From Dehalococcoidia bacterium (lineage in GTDB: Bacteria; Chloroflexota; Dehalococcoidia; Lucifugimonadales; UBA2985), in assembly GCA_034422115.1 (NCBI GenBank), contig DAOUJW010000015.1:27771-91770 (forward strand): a stretch of 64,000 bases of DNA, given 5' to 3'. The notes under the pieces were generated by a model. That model was not told where the DNA came from. It worked only from the letters and a program-made list of their open reading frames with translations, and made no database searches. Positions 27,687-36,995 of the stretch are shown piece by piece (the first letter of the stretch is position 1; every line of letters begins with the position of its first letter). Made by a program: the position numbers and the translations under genes.

Positions 27687-30593
27687 CTAAACCAGAGGGG
27701 GTGACGCTTGTCCGAACGAGTTGCCGCCCCAGCAGGTCAGTGAACCATCCTGGCTCAGGGCGCAAGTGTGAGACTCTCCGCTGCTTACGGCGACAAACGT
27801 CTCCCCGGAGGGCGGCGACGCCTGGCCGTCGGCGTCTCTGCCCCAGCAGGCCAGGGAGCCATTGGCGCGGAGAGCGCAGGTGTGATACCCCCCGCTGCTG
27901 ATGGCGGTGAACGTTTCACTGGATGGCGTCGACGCCTGGCCGTCATCGTTGTGGCCCCAGCATACCGGGGTCCCGTCGGTGCGGAGAGCGCACGTATGCC
28001 AATGCCCGCTGCTGATGGCCGTGAAACTCTCACCCGGGGGAGGTGACGCTTGGCGGAACGCATTGGCGCCCCAGCAGACAGGCGAGCCGTCGGAGCGAAG
28101 GGCGCAGGTGTGGTACCAGCCGCTGCTGATAGCGGTGAACGTTTCGCCTGATGGCGGCAACGCTTCGCCCACCTCGTTGTCGCCCCAGCAGACCGCAGAG
28201 CCGTTGGCGCGGAGGGCGCAGGCGTGAAAGCTCCCGCTGCTGATGGTAGTGAATCTCTCCCTGGAGGGCGGAAACGATTGGTGGACGTCGTCGCGGCCCC
28301 AGCATACCGGTGTCCCGTTGAGGTGGAGGGCGCAGGTATGAGTGCCACCGGCGCTGATGGCGGCGAAGGTTTCACCGAATGGTGACACTGCCTGGCCGTA
28401 CTGGTTGTCACCCCAGCAAGCCGGAGTTCCATCAGGGCGGAGGGCGCAGGTGTGGGTGCCGCCGCTGCTGACTGTGACAAAGTCCTCGTCTGCGGGTTCC
28501 GGTATCGATACCTGACCTGAACTATCCGAACCCCAGCAGACGGGTGAGCCGTTGGATCGCAGCGCACAGGTGTGAGCGCCCCCGCTGCTGATGGCGTCGA
28601 AATGCTCGTCGAAGGGCGCCGACGCCTGGCCGTCCGCATCCAAGCCCCAGCACACCGGCGAGCCGTCGTCGCGGAGAGCGCACGTGTGACGGCTGCCGCT
28701 GGAAATGGACGTGAAATTTTCGCCGAAGGGGGGCCACGTCTGCCGGTGCTGGTTGTCACCCCAGCACACCGGCGAGCCGTCCTGGTGAAGGCCGCACGTG
28801 TGGGCGCCACCGCTGCTGATAGACTTGAGCCTTTCGAAAGAGGGCGGCGACGCGCGACCATGCCTGTCAGGGCCCCAACAAGACGTCAGGCCGTTGGAGC
28901 GAAGGGCGCAGGTATAGCCCTCGCTGCTGCTGATTGAGACAAACCTTCCGCCGGATGGAGGCGTTGTTCGACCATATCTGTCGTCGCCCCAGCAGACCGG
29001 TGAACCGTTGGGGCGCAGGGCACAGGTGTGATACCTGCCGCTGCTGATGTCAATGAACTGCTCGTTTGGTGGAGGCGATGACTGGCCGTACTCGTCATCG
29101 CCCCAGCAGGCGGGCAAGCCGTCCGGGCGTAGCGCGCAGGTGTGGTTCCAACCGCTGCTGATGTCGATGAAATGCTCGTCAAGGGGAAGCGATGACTGGC
29201 CGTACTGGTTGTCGCCCCAGCAGGCGGGTGAGCCGTCCGGGTGGAGGGCACAGGTGTGGGTGTCGCCGCTGCTGATGGCAATGAAGCCGGAAACCACGAG
29301 AGGATGCGGAGGCGTGGCATCCGGCGTCTGCACGACCGTGGGAACCGCCGTCGGAGTCGGCGTCGCGGTTGGAGAGAGTATGGCAAGAGGCGACGCCTGA
29401 CCAAACCCATCGTGGCCCCAGCAGACCGGCGAGCCGTCAAAGTGGAGGGCGCAGGTGTGATTTACGCCGCTGCTGATGGCGGAGAGCGCACCGGGGGGAG
29501 GTGACGCCTGGTCGTACTGGTTGTCACCCCAGCACACCGGGTAGTTCTGGGCGCTGAGGGCGCAGGTGTGCCAGCCTCCGCTGCTGATGGCGACCAAGCT
29601 CCTACCGGAGGCAGGCGAAGCCTGGCCTTCTTCGTCGTGGCCCCAGCAGACCGGTGACCCGTTGGGCCGAAGGGCGCACGTGTGGCCGAAGCCGCTGCTC
29701 ATGGAGGCAAAAATGCTTCCAGATGGGGGCGACGCTTGGCCGACATCGTCGCGGCCCCAGCAGACCGGGGAGCCGTCGGCGCGGAGGGCGCAGGTGTGAA
29801 TGTCACCGCTGCTAATGGACGCGAAGCTGCGCCCGGCGGGGGGCGACGCCTGGCCGTTTCCGTCTTCGCCCCAGCAGACCGGCGTGCCGTCGGCGCGCAG
29901 GGCGCAGGTGTGAAAGTCACCACTGCTTATGGCGGTGAAGCTCTCGCCCGTGGGCGGCGACGCCTGGCCAACTTCATCGTCGCCCCAGCACACCGGCGAG
30001 CCGTCAGCGCGGAGGGCGCAGGTGTGAAAGTAGCCGCTGCTTATGGCGGTGAAGCTCTCGCCCGTGGGCGGAGACGCCTGGCCTACTTCATCGTCGCCCC
30101 AGCAGACCGGGGAGCCGTCAGCGCGCAGGGCGCACGTGTGCCAACCCCCGCTGCTGATGAGGGTGAAGCTGAGCGGCGTAGGCGTAGCCGTGGGGACCGG
30201 CGTTGGGGTTGGGACGGGAGTATCCATTGGAGCAATGGGCGGCGGCTGGGTCGGGGGAGGAGCCGCCGTTGGCGTGTCAGCCGGCGTCGGGTCAACTGTG
30301 GGAACCTGCGTTGGGGCCGCCGTTGGCGCGGGAGTTGCCGTCGGCGCAACCGTGGGCGCCGGCGTTGGGATGGCAGTCGGTGGGTGCGCAGCGGTGGGGA
30401 CCGGCGTCGGAACCGCCGTTGGCGTGGGAGCCGGGGAGGGCGTTGGGGATGGGGCTGAAGTCGCCGTGGGCGTTGCGACTTGACCGGGCGTCGGAGAGGC
30501 TTCCCCGGCGCCGTCGGTGCAGGCGGCTATGCTCAGAATGAGCAGGCACAAGAGCGCGGACAGGGCAACTGCATGGAGGCCTCTGAAGCGCAT
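27687..30593 (-). CDS. RCC1-repeat lipoprotein, 21 blade-like repeats
   Basis: Lipobox LSIAAC, Pro/Thr-rich linker, then 21 copies of ISSGxxHTCALRxDGSPVCWGxDxxGQASPPxGExFxA (38-aa, 114-nt period). Confidence 0.85.
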   Translation of the reverse strand: MRFRGLHAVALSALLCLLILSIAACTDGAGEASPTPGQVATPTATSAPSPTPSPAPTPTAVPTPVPTAAHPPTAIPTPAPTVAPTATPAPTAAPTQVPTVDPTPADTPTAAPPPTQPPPIAPMDTPVPTPTPVPTATPTPLSFTLISSGGWHTCALRADGSPVCWGDDEVGQASPPTGESFTAISSGYFHTCALRADGSPVCWGDDEVGQASPPTGESFTAISSGDFHTCALRADGTPVCWGEDGNGQASPPAGRSFASISSGDIHTCALRADGSPVCWGRDDVGQASPPSGSIFASMSSGFGHTCALRPNGSPVCWGHDEEGQASPASGRSLVAISSGGWHTCALSAQNYPVCWGDNQYDQASPPPGALSAISSGVNHTCALHFDGSPVCWGHDGFGQASPLAILSPTATPTPTAVPTVVQTPDATPPHPLVVSGFIAISSGDTHTCALHPDGSPACWGDNQYGQSSLPLDEHFIDISSGWNHTCALRPDGLPACWGDDEYGQSSPPPNEQFIDISSGRYHTCALRPNGSPVCWGDDRYGRTTPPSGGRFVSISSSEGYTCALRSNGLTSCWGPDRHGRASPPSFERLKSISSGGAHTCGLHQDGSPVCWGDNQHRQTWPPFGENFTSISSGSRHTCALRDDGSPVCWGLDADGQASAPFDEHFDAISSGGAHTCALRSNGSPVCWGSDSSGQVSIPEPADEDFVTVSSGGTHTCALRPDGTPACWGDNQYGQAVSPFGETFAAISAGGTHTCALHLNGTPVCWGRDDVHQSFPPSRERFTTISSGSFHACALRANGSAVCWGDNEVGEALPPSGETFTAISSGWYHTCALRSDGSPVCWGANAFRQASPPPGESFTAISSGHWHTCALRTDGTPVCWGHNDDGQASTPSSETFTAISSGGYHTCALRANGSLACWGRDADGQASPPSGETFVAVSSGESHTCALSQDGSLTCWGGNSFGQASPPLV

Positions 30594-30877
30594 TTCCCTC
30601 CTCTACGGGCTTGCCACTACAACGCAAGCCCAACTTTGAGCGTCCACACTGGAGGACCCGGCAGCCTGCCGACCTTCACCCTGCGTGGCGCTATTTCGCG
30701 ACAAGAAACGTGGGTATTGTACCGATTTGGCTGAATTCGTACAAGACCACCTCGGACGCGGGGCGAATGGTATAATCGCGTACATACTGACGCCCATCTG
30801 AAAACAGACGAGGAGAGCGGTAACCTTGCGGAAAAACGCCGCCGCCCTCGACGAGCCCTGAAGGAGGACAAGACGCC

Positions 30878-31243
30878 GTGAATCAGGAGGATTTCGAAGA
30901 GTTGGTGCTGGACGCCATCCAGGAGCTGCCCCAGGAGCTGCTGGCGCACCTCTCCAACGTGGCGATTGTCGTCCAGCAGTGGCCGACCAGAGACCAGCTG
31001 GACGAGGCCGGTCTTGAGCATAGGGGCGATCTGCTGGGGCTGTACGAGGGCATACCGCTCACCCACAGGGAGGGCTACAACCTGGTGCTGCCGGACAAGA
31101 TTACCATCTTCCAGGGGCCGCTGGAGGCCATCTGCCACACGCCGGAGGAGATAGCCAGTGAGGTCAGGGACACCGTAGCCCACGAGATTGCGCACCACTT
31201 CGGCATTGACGACGAGCGACTGGATGAGATGGGGCTTGGGTGA
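30878..31243 (+). CDS. Zincin-like metallopeptidase family protein
   Basis: FEELVLDAIQELP..., LLGLYEGIPL..., TVAHEIAHHFGIDDERLDEMG (HExxH); GTG start. Confidence 0.75.
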   Translation: MNQEDFEELVLDAIQELPQELLAHLSNVAIVVQQWPTRDQLDEAGLEHRGDLLGLYEGIPLTHREGYNLVLPDKITIFQGPLEAICHTPEEIASEVRDTVAHEIAHHFGIDDERLDEMGLG

Positions 31244-31300
31244 TGCCAGGGGAGGGAAGGCCCAAGTAACCTACGAACTACCGGATGGTTATTCCTAATC

Positions 31301-31370
31301 CCGTCATTCCTGCGCAAGCAGGAATCTAATGGCCTGGGGATAGAGGTCCCTGCTTTCGCAGGGACGACGG
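31301..31370. repeat. Family B palindromic repeat
   Basis: CCGTCATTCCTGCGCAAGCAGGAATCTAA...GGTCCCTGCTTTCGCAGGGACGACGG. Confidence 0.9.
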
Positions 31371-31391
31371 CTTATCAGAAGTTTCTTAGAG

Positions 31392-32450
31392 TTAGACGCC
31401 CTTCGCCTTGCGCTTGGCGCTGATGCGCTCCTCCGCGATGCGGTCCGCCGCCAGCGCGGTGGCTATGCCTTGGCTTTCTGAGGTCTCAATCACCCGCGTC
31501 ATGGTGTCGTATATGCGGGCCACCCGCTCCATAGCGGCCTGCTCGTCGTAGGGCTGACCCACCTCCATGGAGATGTTGATGATGCCTCCGGCGTTGACAA
31601 TGTAGTCCGGGGCGTAGAGGACGCCTCGCTGCTGCAACGCCTCGCCGTGACGCACTTGCAATAGCTGGTTGTTGGCGCTGCCGACCACCGCCCGGCACTT
31701 CAGGCGCGGAATTGTTTCGTCGTTGAGGATGCCGCCCAGGGCGCACGGCGAGAAGATGTCGCACTCCACGTCGTAGATGCGGGACGGGTCGTCCAGGACT
31801 TCAAGCCCCTGCTCGCGGGCCATAGCCAGCGCTGCCGGGTTGATTTCGGCGACGACCAGCCGCGCGCCCTCCTCCCGCAGGTGATGCGCCATAGTCGACG
31901 CCACCTTGCCAAATCCCTGCACGGCGACGACGCGGCCCTCCAGGGAGTCGTTGTCCCACAGACGAGCGGCGCACGCCTTCATCGCCTTGTAGATGCCGTA
32001 TGCTGTGGCCGTGGCCGGGCCGCCGCTGCCTCCCTGGCTGATGGGCAGCCCCGTGACGTGGGACGTCTCCAGCGCAATCCACTCCAGGTCCTGGTCGTCG
32101 GCGCCCACGTCCTCCGTGGTGACGTACCGGCCCCCCAGGGAGTCCACAGAGTGGCCATAGGCCCTCATCATGGCCTCCGTCTTGTCCTGGGGAGAGGCCA
32201 TTATCAGAGCCTTGCCGCCGCCAAAGTCCAGCCCGGAGGCGGCCGCCTTGTAGGTCATGCCCTTGGCCAGCCTCAGCACGTCCAGTATGGCGTCGTCCTC
32301 CGTCTTGTGGGGCCAGATGCGCACGCCACCCAGGGCGGGGCCCAGGGTGGTGTCGTGAATGGCGATGAAGGCCCTGAGCCCAACGCTCTTGTCCACGTAG
32401 ACGCACAGCTGCTCGTGGCCCTCTGCCTCCATGTACTCTGTGACGTTCAT
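31392..32450 (-). CDS. ldh: Leucine (Leu/Val/Phe) dehydrogenase
   Basis: ALGGVRIWPH, GMTYKAAASGLDFGGGKALI, Rossmann VAVQGFGKVA. Confidence 0.85.
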   Translation of the reverse strand: MNVTEYMEAEGHEQLCVYVDKSVGLRAFIAIHDTTLGPALGGVRIWPHKTEDDAILDVLRLAKGMTYKAAASGLDFGGGKALIMASPQDKTEAMMRAYGHSVDSLGGRYVTTEDVGADDQDLEWIALETSHVTGLPISQGGSGGPATATAYGIYKAMKACAARLWDNDSLEGRVVAVQGFGKVASTMAHHLREEGARLVVAEINPAALAMAREQGLEVLDDPSRIYDVECDIFSPCALGGILNDETIPRLKCRAVVGSANNQLLQVRHGEALQQRGVLYAPDYIVNAGGIINISMEVGQPYDEQAAMERVARIYDTMTRVIETSESQGIATALAADRIAEERISAKRKAKGV

Positions 32451-32866
32451 GGTTGTTCCTGGAATCTCCTGATTGAAGAGCCAGTTGCCCCTTCCCCCGC
32501 TTGCGGGGGAAGGTCGGGATGGGGGGCTCTCTGTTCCTCCAAAGCCTGTGCAATCACCTCAATGACCGCATCTATATCATCAAGCACAGAGTTGTCCCAG
32601 AAGCGGAGCACCTTGAAGCCAAGGTCCGTCAGGTAATCATCTCGATAGGCAACCTGAGCTGCTTTCTGAGCGTATTGGCTGCCCTCTACCTCTACGATGA
32701 GGCGTCCCTCCTGGCAAACGAAGTCAACGATAAAGGGGCTTACGGGCCGCTGGCGACGAAAACTGAAGCCGTGTACCTGCCGGACACGTAGGCGAGACCA
32801 GAGCTTGCGCTCTGCATCCGTAAGGTTACTCCGGGTAGCGCGAGGCTTCCGGGTCGTCATACCCAC
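32447..32866 (-). CDS. DUF559 (Vsr-like) endonuclease domain protein
   Basis: LTDAERKLWSRLR...GFSFRRQRPVSPFIVDFVC...LIVEVEG...D..R...L...GFKVLRFWN-type motifs. The stop overlaps the ldh ATG (ATGA). Confidence 0.8.
   Translation of the reverse strand: MGMTTRKPRATRSNLTDAERKLWSRLRVRQVHGFSFRRQRPVSPFIVDFVCQEGRLIVEVEGSQYAQKAAQVAYRDDYLTDLGFKVLRFWDNSVLDDIDAVIEVIAQALEEQRAPHPDLPPQAGEGATGSSIRRFQEQP
32490..32513. repeat. Family D GC-hairpin (left inverted arm of the DUF559 cassette)
   Basis: CCTTCCCCCGC-TT-GCGGGGGAAGG, inside the 3' end of the DUF559 ORF. Confidence 0.8.
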
Positions 32867-32873
32867 ATCCTAG

Positions 32874-32940
32874 CCTTCCCCCGCAAGCATGGGAAGGGAC
32901 ATTTCTCTCCCCCTTGAGGGGGAGAGTCAGAGAGGGGGTG
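32874..32940. repeat. Family D double GC-hairpin (right arm of the DUF559 cassette)
   Basis: CCTTCCCCCGCAAGCATGGGAAGG plus TCTCCCCCTTGAGGGGGAGA. The 38 nt at 32903-32940 are identical to 59742-59779. Confidence 0.9.
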
Positions 32941-32955
32941 AAGCAAACCCATACC

Positions 32956-34626
32956 TCACTCCCACTCTATGGTGCCCGGAGGCTTGGAGGTGATGTCATA
33001 GACCACGCGGTTCACCTGGGGCACCTCGTTGACAATGCGGTTGGAAATCCTTGCAAGCACGTCGTAGGGGAGGCGGGCCCAGTCGGCGGTCATGGCGTCC
33101 TCACTGGTGACGGCGCGAATGGCCACCATGTGCCCGTAGGTGCGAAAGTCGCCCATCACGCCCACGCTGCGGGTGTCCGTTAGCACGGCGAAGCTCTGCC
33201 AGAGCTCGTTGTACAGCCCTGCGGCGCTTATCTCGTCCATGACTATCCAGTCGCAGGCGCGCAGCATCTCCAGCTTCTCCCAAGTGACCTCTCCGATGAT
33301 GCGGATGGCCAGGCCGGGGCCGGGGAAGGGCTGGCGGTACACCATCTCCTCAGGCAGTCCCAACTCCAGCCCCACCTCTCGCACCTCGTCCTTGAAGAGG
33401 TAGCGTAGCGGCTCCACCAGGGAGAAGGTCATGTCCTCCGGCAGGCCGCCCACGTTGTGGTGGGTCTTGATCTTGGCCGACGCCTTGTTCTCAGGTGTCT
33501 GGCTCTCAATTACGTCGGGATAGAGGGTGCCCTGGGCCAGAAAGTCGACGCGGCCAAGGCTGGTCGCCTGCTCCTCGAATACGCGTATGAACTCTTCACC
33601 GATGGCGATGCGCTTCTCCTCCGGGTCGGTCACGCCTGCGAGGCGGGTCAGGAAGACCTCCGTGGCGTCGGCGCGGACTACGTTCATCTTCAGGTTGCGC
33701 CCAAAGGTGTCCATGACTCTGTTGGACTCCTCCTTGCGCAGAAGGCCGTTGTCGACGAAGACGCAGGTCAGCTGGTCTCCCACGGCCCTGTGCACCAGCG
33801 TGGCGGCCACGGCGGAGTCGACGCCACCGGACAGGGCGCATACCACCTTGCCGTCGCCAACCTGCTCGCGGATGCGCCCAACGCTCTCCTCAACGAAGTT
33901 GCTGGCGGTCCACGCGCCCCGGCAGCGGCAGATGTGGTACAGGAAGTTCTCGATTATCCTCTTGCCCTCCGGCGTGTGCACAACCTCCGGGTGAAACTGG
34001 AGGCCGAGCACGCCCTCGTCGTTGCCCATAACGGCTATGGGCGAGTTGTCCGTGTAGGCCAGGGAGTGGAAGCCCGGCGGCATCTCCAGCACCTGGTCTC
34101 CGTGGCTCATCCACACGGTTGTGGAGGAGGGCATATCTGCAAAGATGAGGCTGTCCGCCGCGTTCTGGTGAAGGACTGCGTGGCCGTACTCCCGCCTGCT
34201 GCCCGGCACCACCTTGCCCCCTAGCTGGTGCGCCAGCACCTGCAGGCCGTAGCAGATGCCCAGGACGGGCAGACGCCTCTCGTAGACCCACATAGGGGCC
34301 ATAGGCGCGTCGTCCTCGTAGACGCTGGCGGGGCCGCCGGACAGGATAACGCCCCTGGGGTTGAGAGCGGCCACCTGCTCCCAGGAGGCGTCGTGGGGGA
34401 CAATCTCGCAGTAGACCCTGGACTCCCGGACGCGGCGGGCTATCAGACGGCTGTACTGGGACCCGAAGTCGACGACCACGACGGACTCGCCCTCGGCCTT
34501 GGTGGGGGTCTCAGGAGCGGGCCGCAGCCCGCCGCGCTCCTCGGCGATCTCCAGGTAGGTGGAAACCTCTACATCGCCGCTGGCTGCTATTCGCCGATTG
34601 GTGGAGCCGTTATTTTCTGAGGCCAT
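32956..34626 (-). CDS. guaA: GMP synthase (glutamine-hydrolysing)
   Basis: [36 protein letters not shown]-terminal PPGTIEWE; about 45-aa N-terminal extension. Confidence 0.92.
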   Translation of the reverse strand: MASENNGSTNRRIAASGDVEVSTYLEIAEERGGLRPAPETPTKAEGESVVVVDFGSQYSRLIARRVRESRVYCEIVPHDASWEQVAALNPRGVILSGGPASVYEDDAPMAPMWVYERRLPVLGICYGLQVLAHQLGGKVVPGSRREYGHAVLHQNAADSLIFADMPSSTTVWMSHGDQVLEMPPGFHSLAYTDNSPIAVMGNDEGVLGLQFHPEVVHTPEGKRIIENFLYHICRCRGAWTASNFVEESVGRIREQVGDGKVVCALSGGVDSAVAATLVHRAVGDQLTCVFVDNGLLRKEESNRVMDTFGRNLKMNVVRADATEVFLTRLAGVTDPEEKRIAIGEEFIRVFEEQATSLGRVDFLAQGTLYPDVIESQTPENKASAKIKTHHNVGGLPEDMTFSLVEPLRYLFKDEVREVGLELGLPEEMVYRQPFPGPGLAIRIIGEVTWEKLEMLRACDWIVMDEISAAGLYNELWQSFAVLTDTRSVGVMGDFRTYGHMVAIRAVTSEDAMTADWARLPYDVLARISNRIVNEVPQVNRVVYDITSKPPGTIEWE

Positions 34627-34669
34627 TCTCTCCTGAGCTTGTGCGACGGTGATTTCAGATTAGCATCTG

Positions 34670-34678
34670 TGCTATACT
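34670..34678 (+). promoter_or_regulatory. Extended -10 element upstream of tsaC
   Basis: TGcTATACT in the guaA/tsaC divergent gap. Confidence 0.3.
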
Positions 34679-34692
34679 CAGTCAAGGCAAAA

Positions 34693-35331
34693 ATGGGCAC
34701 TCACAAAGGTGTTTTGACCCCCGCGCACATGCTGGAAAAGGCCGTGTCCGCCCTCAACCGGGGCGGGCTGGTGGCGTTCCCGACAGACACCCTGTACGCC
34801 TTGGGCGCCCACGCCTTCATTGAAGAGGGTGTGAGCAGGGTGTACGAAGCGAAGGGCAGGCCCCAGGGCATGGCGCTGCCCCTGCTGCTGGGCGGCCCTG
34901 AGGACATCGAGAGGGTGGCCGTCGACGTTCCGCAGGCGGCTTGGGACCTGGCCGAGCGATTCTGGCCCGGGGCCGTCACCCTGGTGCTTTACAAAGCGCC
35001 CTCGGTTTCGACTACAATTACTGGCGGGAGGGACACGGTCGCCGTAAGAGTGCCCAGTCACCCAACGGCCTTGGCACTGATACGGAAGGTGGGCACTCCG
35101 CTGACGGGCACCAGCGCCAACAGGTCGGGAGGGCCCGACCCGGTCAGCGCAGAGGTGGTGCGGGAGCACCTGGGAGACTCGGTGGACGTGGTGCTGGACG
35201 AAGGGCCTTGCTCTCTGGCGGTGGGCTCGACCATCGTGGACATGACGGCAGAGCCGCCGCGAATCTTGCGGGCCGGCGCCGTCGCCAAGTCGGAACTGGA
35301 GCGGGTGTGTCCCGGAATCATGGAGGGCTGA
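34693..35331 (+). CDS. tsaC: L-threonylcarbamoyladenylate synthase (YrdC/TsaC type)
   Basis: ALNRGGLVAFPTDTLYALGA, VAVRVPSHP, GTSANRSG; ATG 34693 or 34729 rather than track start 34639. Confidence 0.85.
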   Translation: MGTHKGVLTPAHMLEKAVSALNRGGLVAFPTDTLYALGAHAFIEEGVSRVYEAKGRPQGMALPLLLGGPEDIERVAVDVPQAAWDLAERFWPGAVTLVLYKAPSVSTTITGGRDTVAVRVPSHPTALALIRKVGTPLTGTSANRSGGPDPVSAEVVREHLGDSVDVVLDEGPCSLAVGSTIVDMTAEPPRILRAGAVAKSELERVCPGIMEG

Positions 35332-35385
35332 CCGGAGACGGACATATAGGAAATCTCTGAATAATTACGGCGCTACTCCACCAGC

Positions 35386-35453
35386 CCGTCATTCCTGCGG
35401 AAGCAGGAATCTAGAAGGTGAGGGCGGAGGTTCCTGCTTTCGCAGGAACGACG
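35386..35453. repeat. Family B palindromic repeat
   Basis: CCGTCATTCCTGCGGAAGCAGGAATCTAG...GGTTCCTGCTTTCGCAGGAACGACG. Confidence 0.9.
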
Positions 35454-35479
35454 ATCTTGCAAAAGAGGAGGAGCGAGAG

Positions 35480-35956
35480 TTGAGGATAGCCGTAGGGTGT
35501 GATCACAACGGCGTGGAGTTGAAGCTCCATTTGATTAACCTGCTGAAGGAGCTGGGCCACGAGTCCCGGGACTTCGGCTGCTACGATACCAACTCCGTCG
35601 ACTACCCGGACGTGGCGCAGGAGGTGGCGATTGCGGTCGGGGAAAGCGACTTCGACCAGGGCATCCTCATCTGTGGCACAGGCATCGGAATGAGCATCGC
35701 CGCCAACAAGGTGCCCGGAATCCGCGCAGCCCTCTGCCAGGACCCCCTATCCGCCAGCCGCGCCCGCGAGCACAACGACGCCAACGTACTCTGCCTCTCC
35801 GGATGGTCGGTAGACAATGAAACGGCCCGGAAGATAGTGAGGGCATACCTGGAAGGTGAGTTCGAGGGAGGCCGCCACGCCCGCAGGGTGGGCAAGATCA
35901 ACTCCCTGGAGAAGACGCCCCAGATGGAGACCTCAACCACACCTCACTCCGGGTGA
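35480..35956 (+). CDS. rpiB: Ribose-5-phosphate isomerase B
   Basis: MRIAVGCDHNG, ILICGTGIGMSIAANKVPGIRAA; TTG start. Confidence 0.9.
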   Translation: MRIAVGCDHNGVELKLHLINLLKELGHESRDFGCYDTNSVDYPDVAQEVAIAVGESDFDQGILICGTGIGMSIAANKVPGIRAALCQDPLSASRAREHNDANVLCLSGWSVDNETARKIVRAYLEGEFEGGRHARRVGKINSLEKTPQMETSTTPHSG

Positions 35957-35960
35957 GACC

Positions 35961-36983
35961 ATGACCCTTCCCTCTGCCTTCACCCGCTTTCGGGACCAGA
36001 TAGAGACGGAGATCAAGTCTCTGGTCCTTGAGGAGGACTTCCCTCTCTACCGCATGATGGGCTACCACATGGGTTGGCTGGACGAGTACGGGGAGGCCGC
36101 AGAAGGGGAGTCCGGCAAGCGAATACGACCCACCCTCTGCCTCCTAGCCTGTGAAGCCCTTGGCGGCGACGTGAAGGCGGCGCTGCCAGCGGCGGCAGCC
36201 GTAGAGCTGGTGCACAACTTCTCCCTTATTCACGACGACATCCAGGACGGCAACTCGGAGCGTCACAACAGGCCGACGGTGTGGTGGGTGTGGGGCCCCG
36301 CGCAGGCCATCAACGCCGGCGACGGAATGCACGCCCTGGCGCGCCTGGCCCTGCTGCGCCAGACGGACAAGGGCATGTCGCCTGAGCGCACCCTGAGGGC
36401 GGTGGGCCTCTTGGACCAGGCCTGCCTGCGCCTCTGCGAGGGGCAGTACCTTGACCTGACCTACCAGGAGCGCGTGGACATCTCCCAGGACGCCTACTTC
36501 AAGATGATTGAGGGAAAGTCCGCCGCCCTCATCAGCTGCGCGGCGGAACTTGGGGCCGTCATGTCGTCGGTTGAGGAGCCGGCCGCCCAGGCAATGGCCG
36601 AGTTCGGCACAAAGCTGGGGCTGGCCTTCCAGATACGGGACGACATCCTTGACCTGTGGGGTCAGCAGGACACCGGCAAGCCCCTGGCGGGGGACATCCT
36701 GAACAAGAAGAAGTCCCTGCCCATTGTCTACGCCATCGAGAACGCCAGCGGCGCAGAGAGGCGCACCCTGGGCGACGTCTATTTCAAGCGGGTCATGGAG
36801 CCGGAGGACATCGAAAAGATAATCGGGGTGCTGGAGACCCTGGGCGCTAAGGAGTTCTCCCAGGAGAAGGCGAACACCCTGTGCGATGAGGCCGTCCAGT
36901 CGCTCCGGGAAGCGGGATTGACACTCCAGCAGACGGAGGAGCTTGAGGCCGTGGCCAGGTTCATGGTGGCCAGGGACACCTAG
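35961..36983 (+). CDS. Polyprenyl (geranylgeranyl) diphosphate synthase
   Basis: FARM LIHDDIQDG and SARM FQIRDDILD; ATG 35961 just after the rpiB stop. Confidence 0.85.
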   Translation: MTLPSAFTRFRDQIETEIKSLVLEEDFPLYRMMGYHMGWLDEYGEAAEGESGKRIRPTLCLLACEALGGDVKAALPAAAAVELVHNFSLIHDDIQDGNSERHNRPTVWWVWGPAQAINAGDGMHALARLALLRQTDKGMSPERTLRAVGLLDQACLRLCEGQYLDLTYQERVDISQDAYFKMIEGKSAALISCAAELGAVMSSVEEPAAQAMAEFGTKLGLAFQIRDDILDLWGQQDTGKPLAGDILNKKKSLPIVYAIENASGAERRTLGDVYFKRVMEPEDIEKIIGVLETLGAKEFSQEKANTLCDEAVQSLREAGLTLQQTEELEAVARFMVARDT

Positions 36984-36995
36984 CCCGGAGGAGCC

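Noticed and set aside
27701-30633. Many 60-360-aa ORFs in both strands within the RCC1 gene, and the possibility that the 114-bp periodic DNA is a CRISPR array or satellite
   Set aside because: The periodicity is exactly 38 codons of one long frame with a conserved protein motif. There are no unique spacers and no cas genes. The other ORFs are repeat-driven shadow frames.
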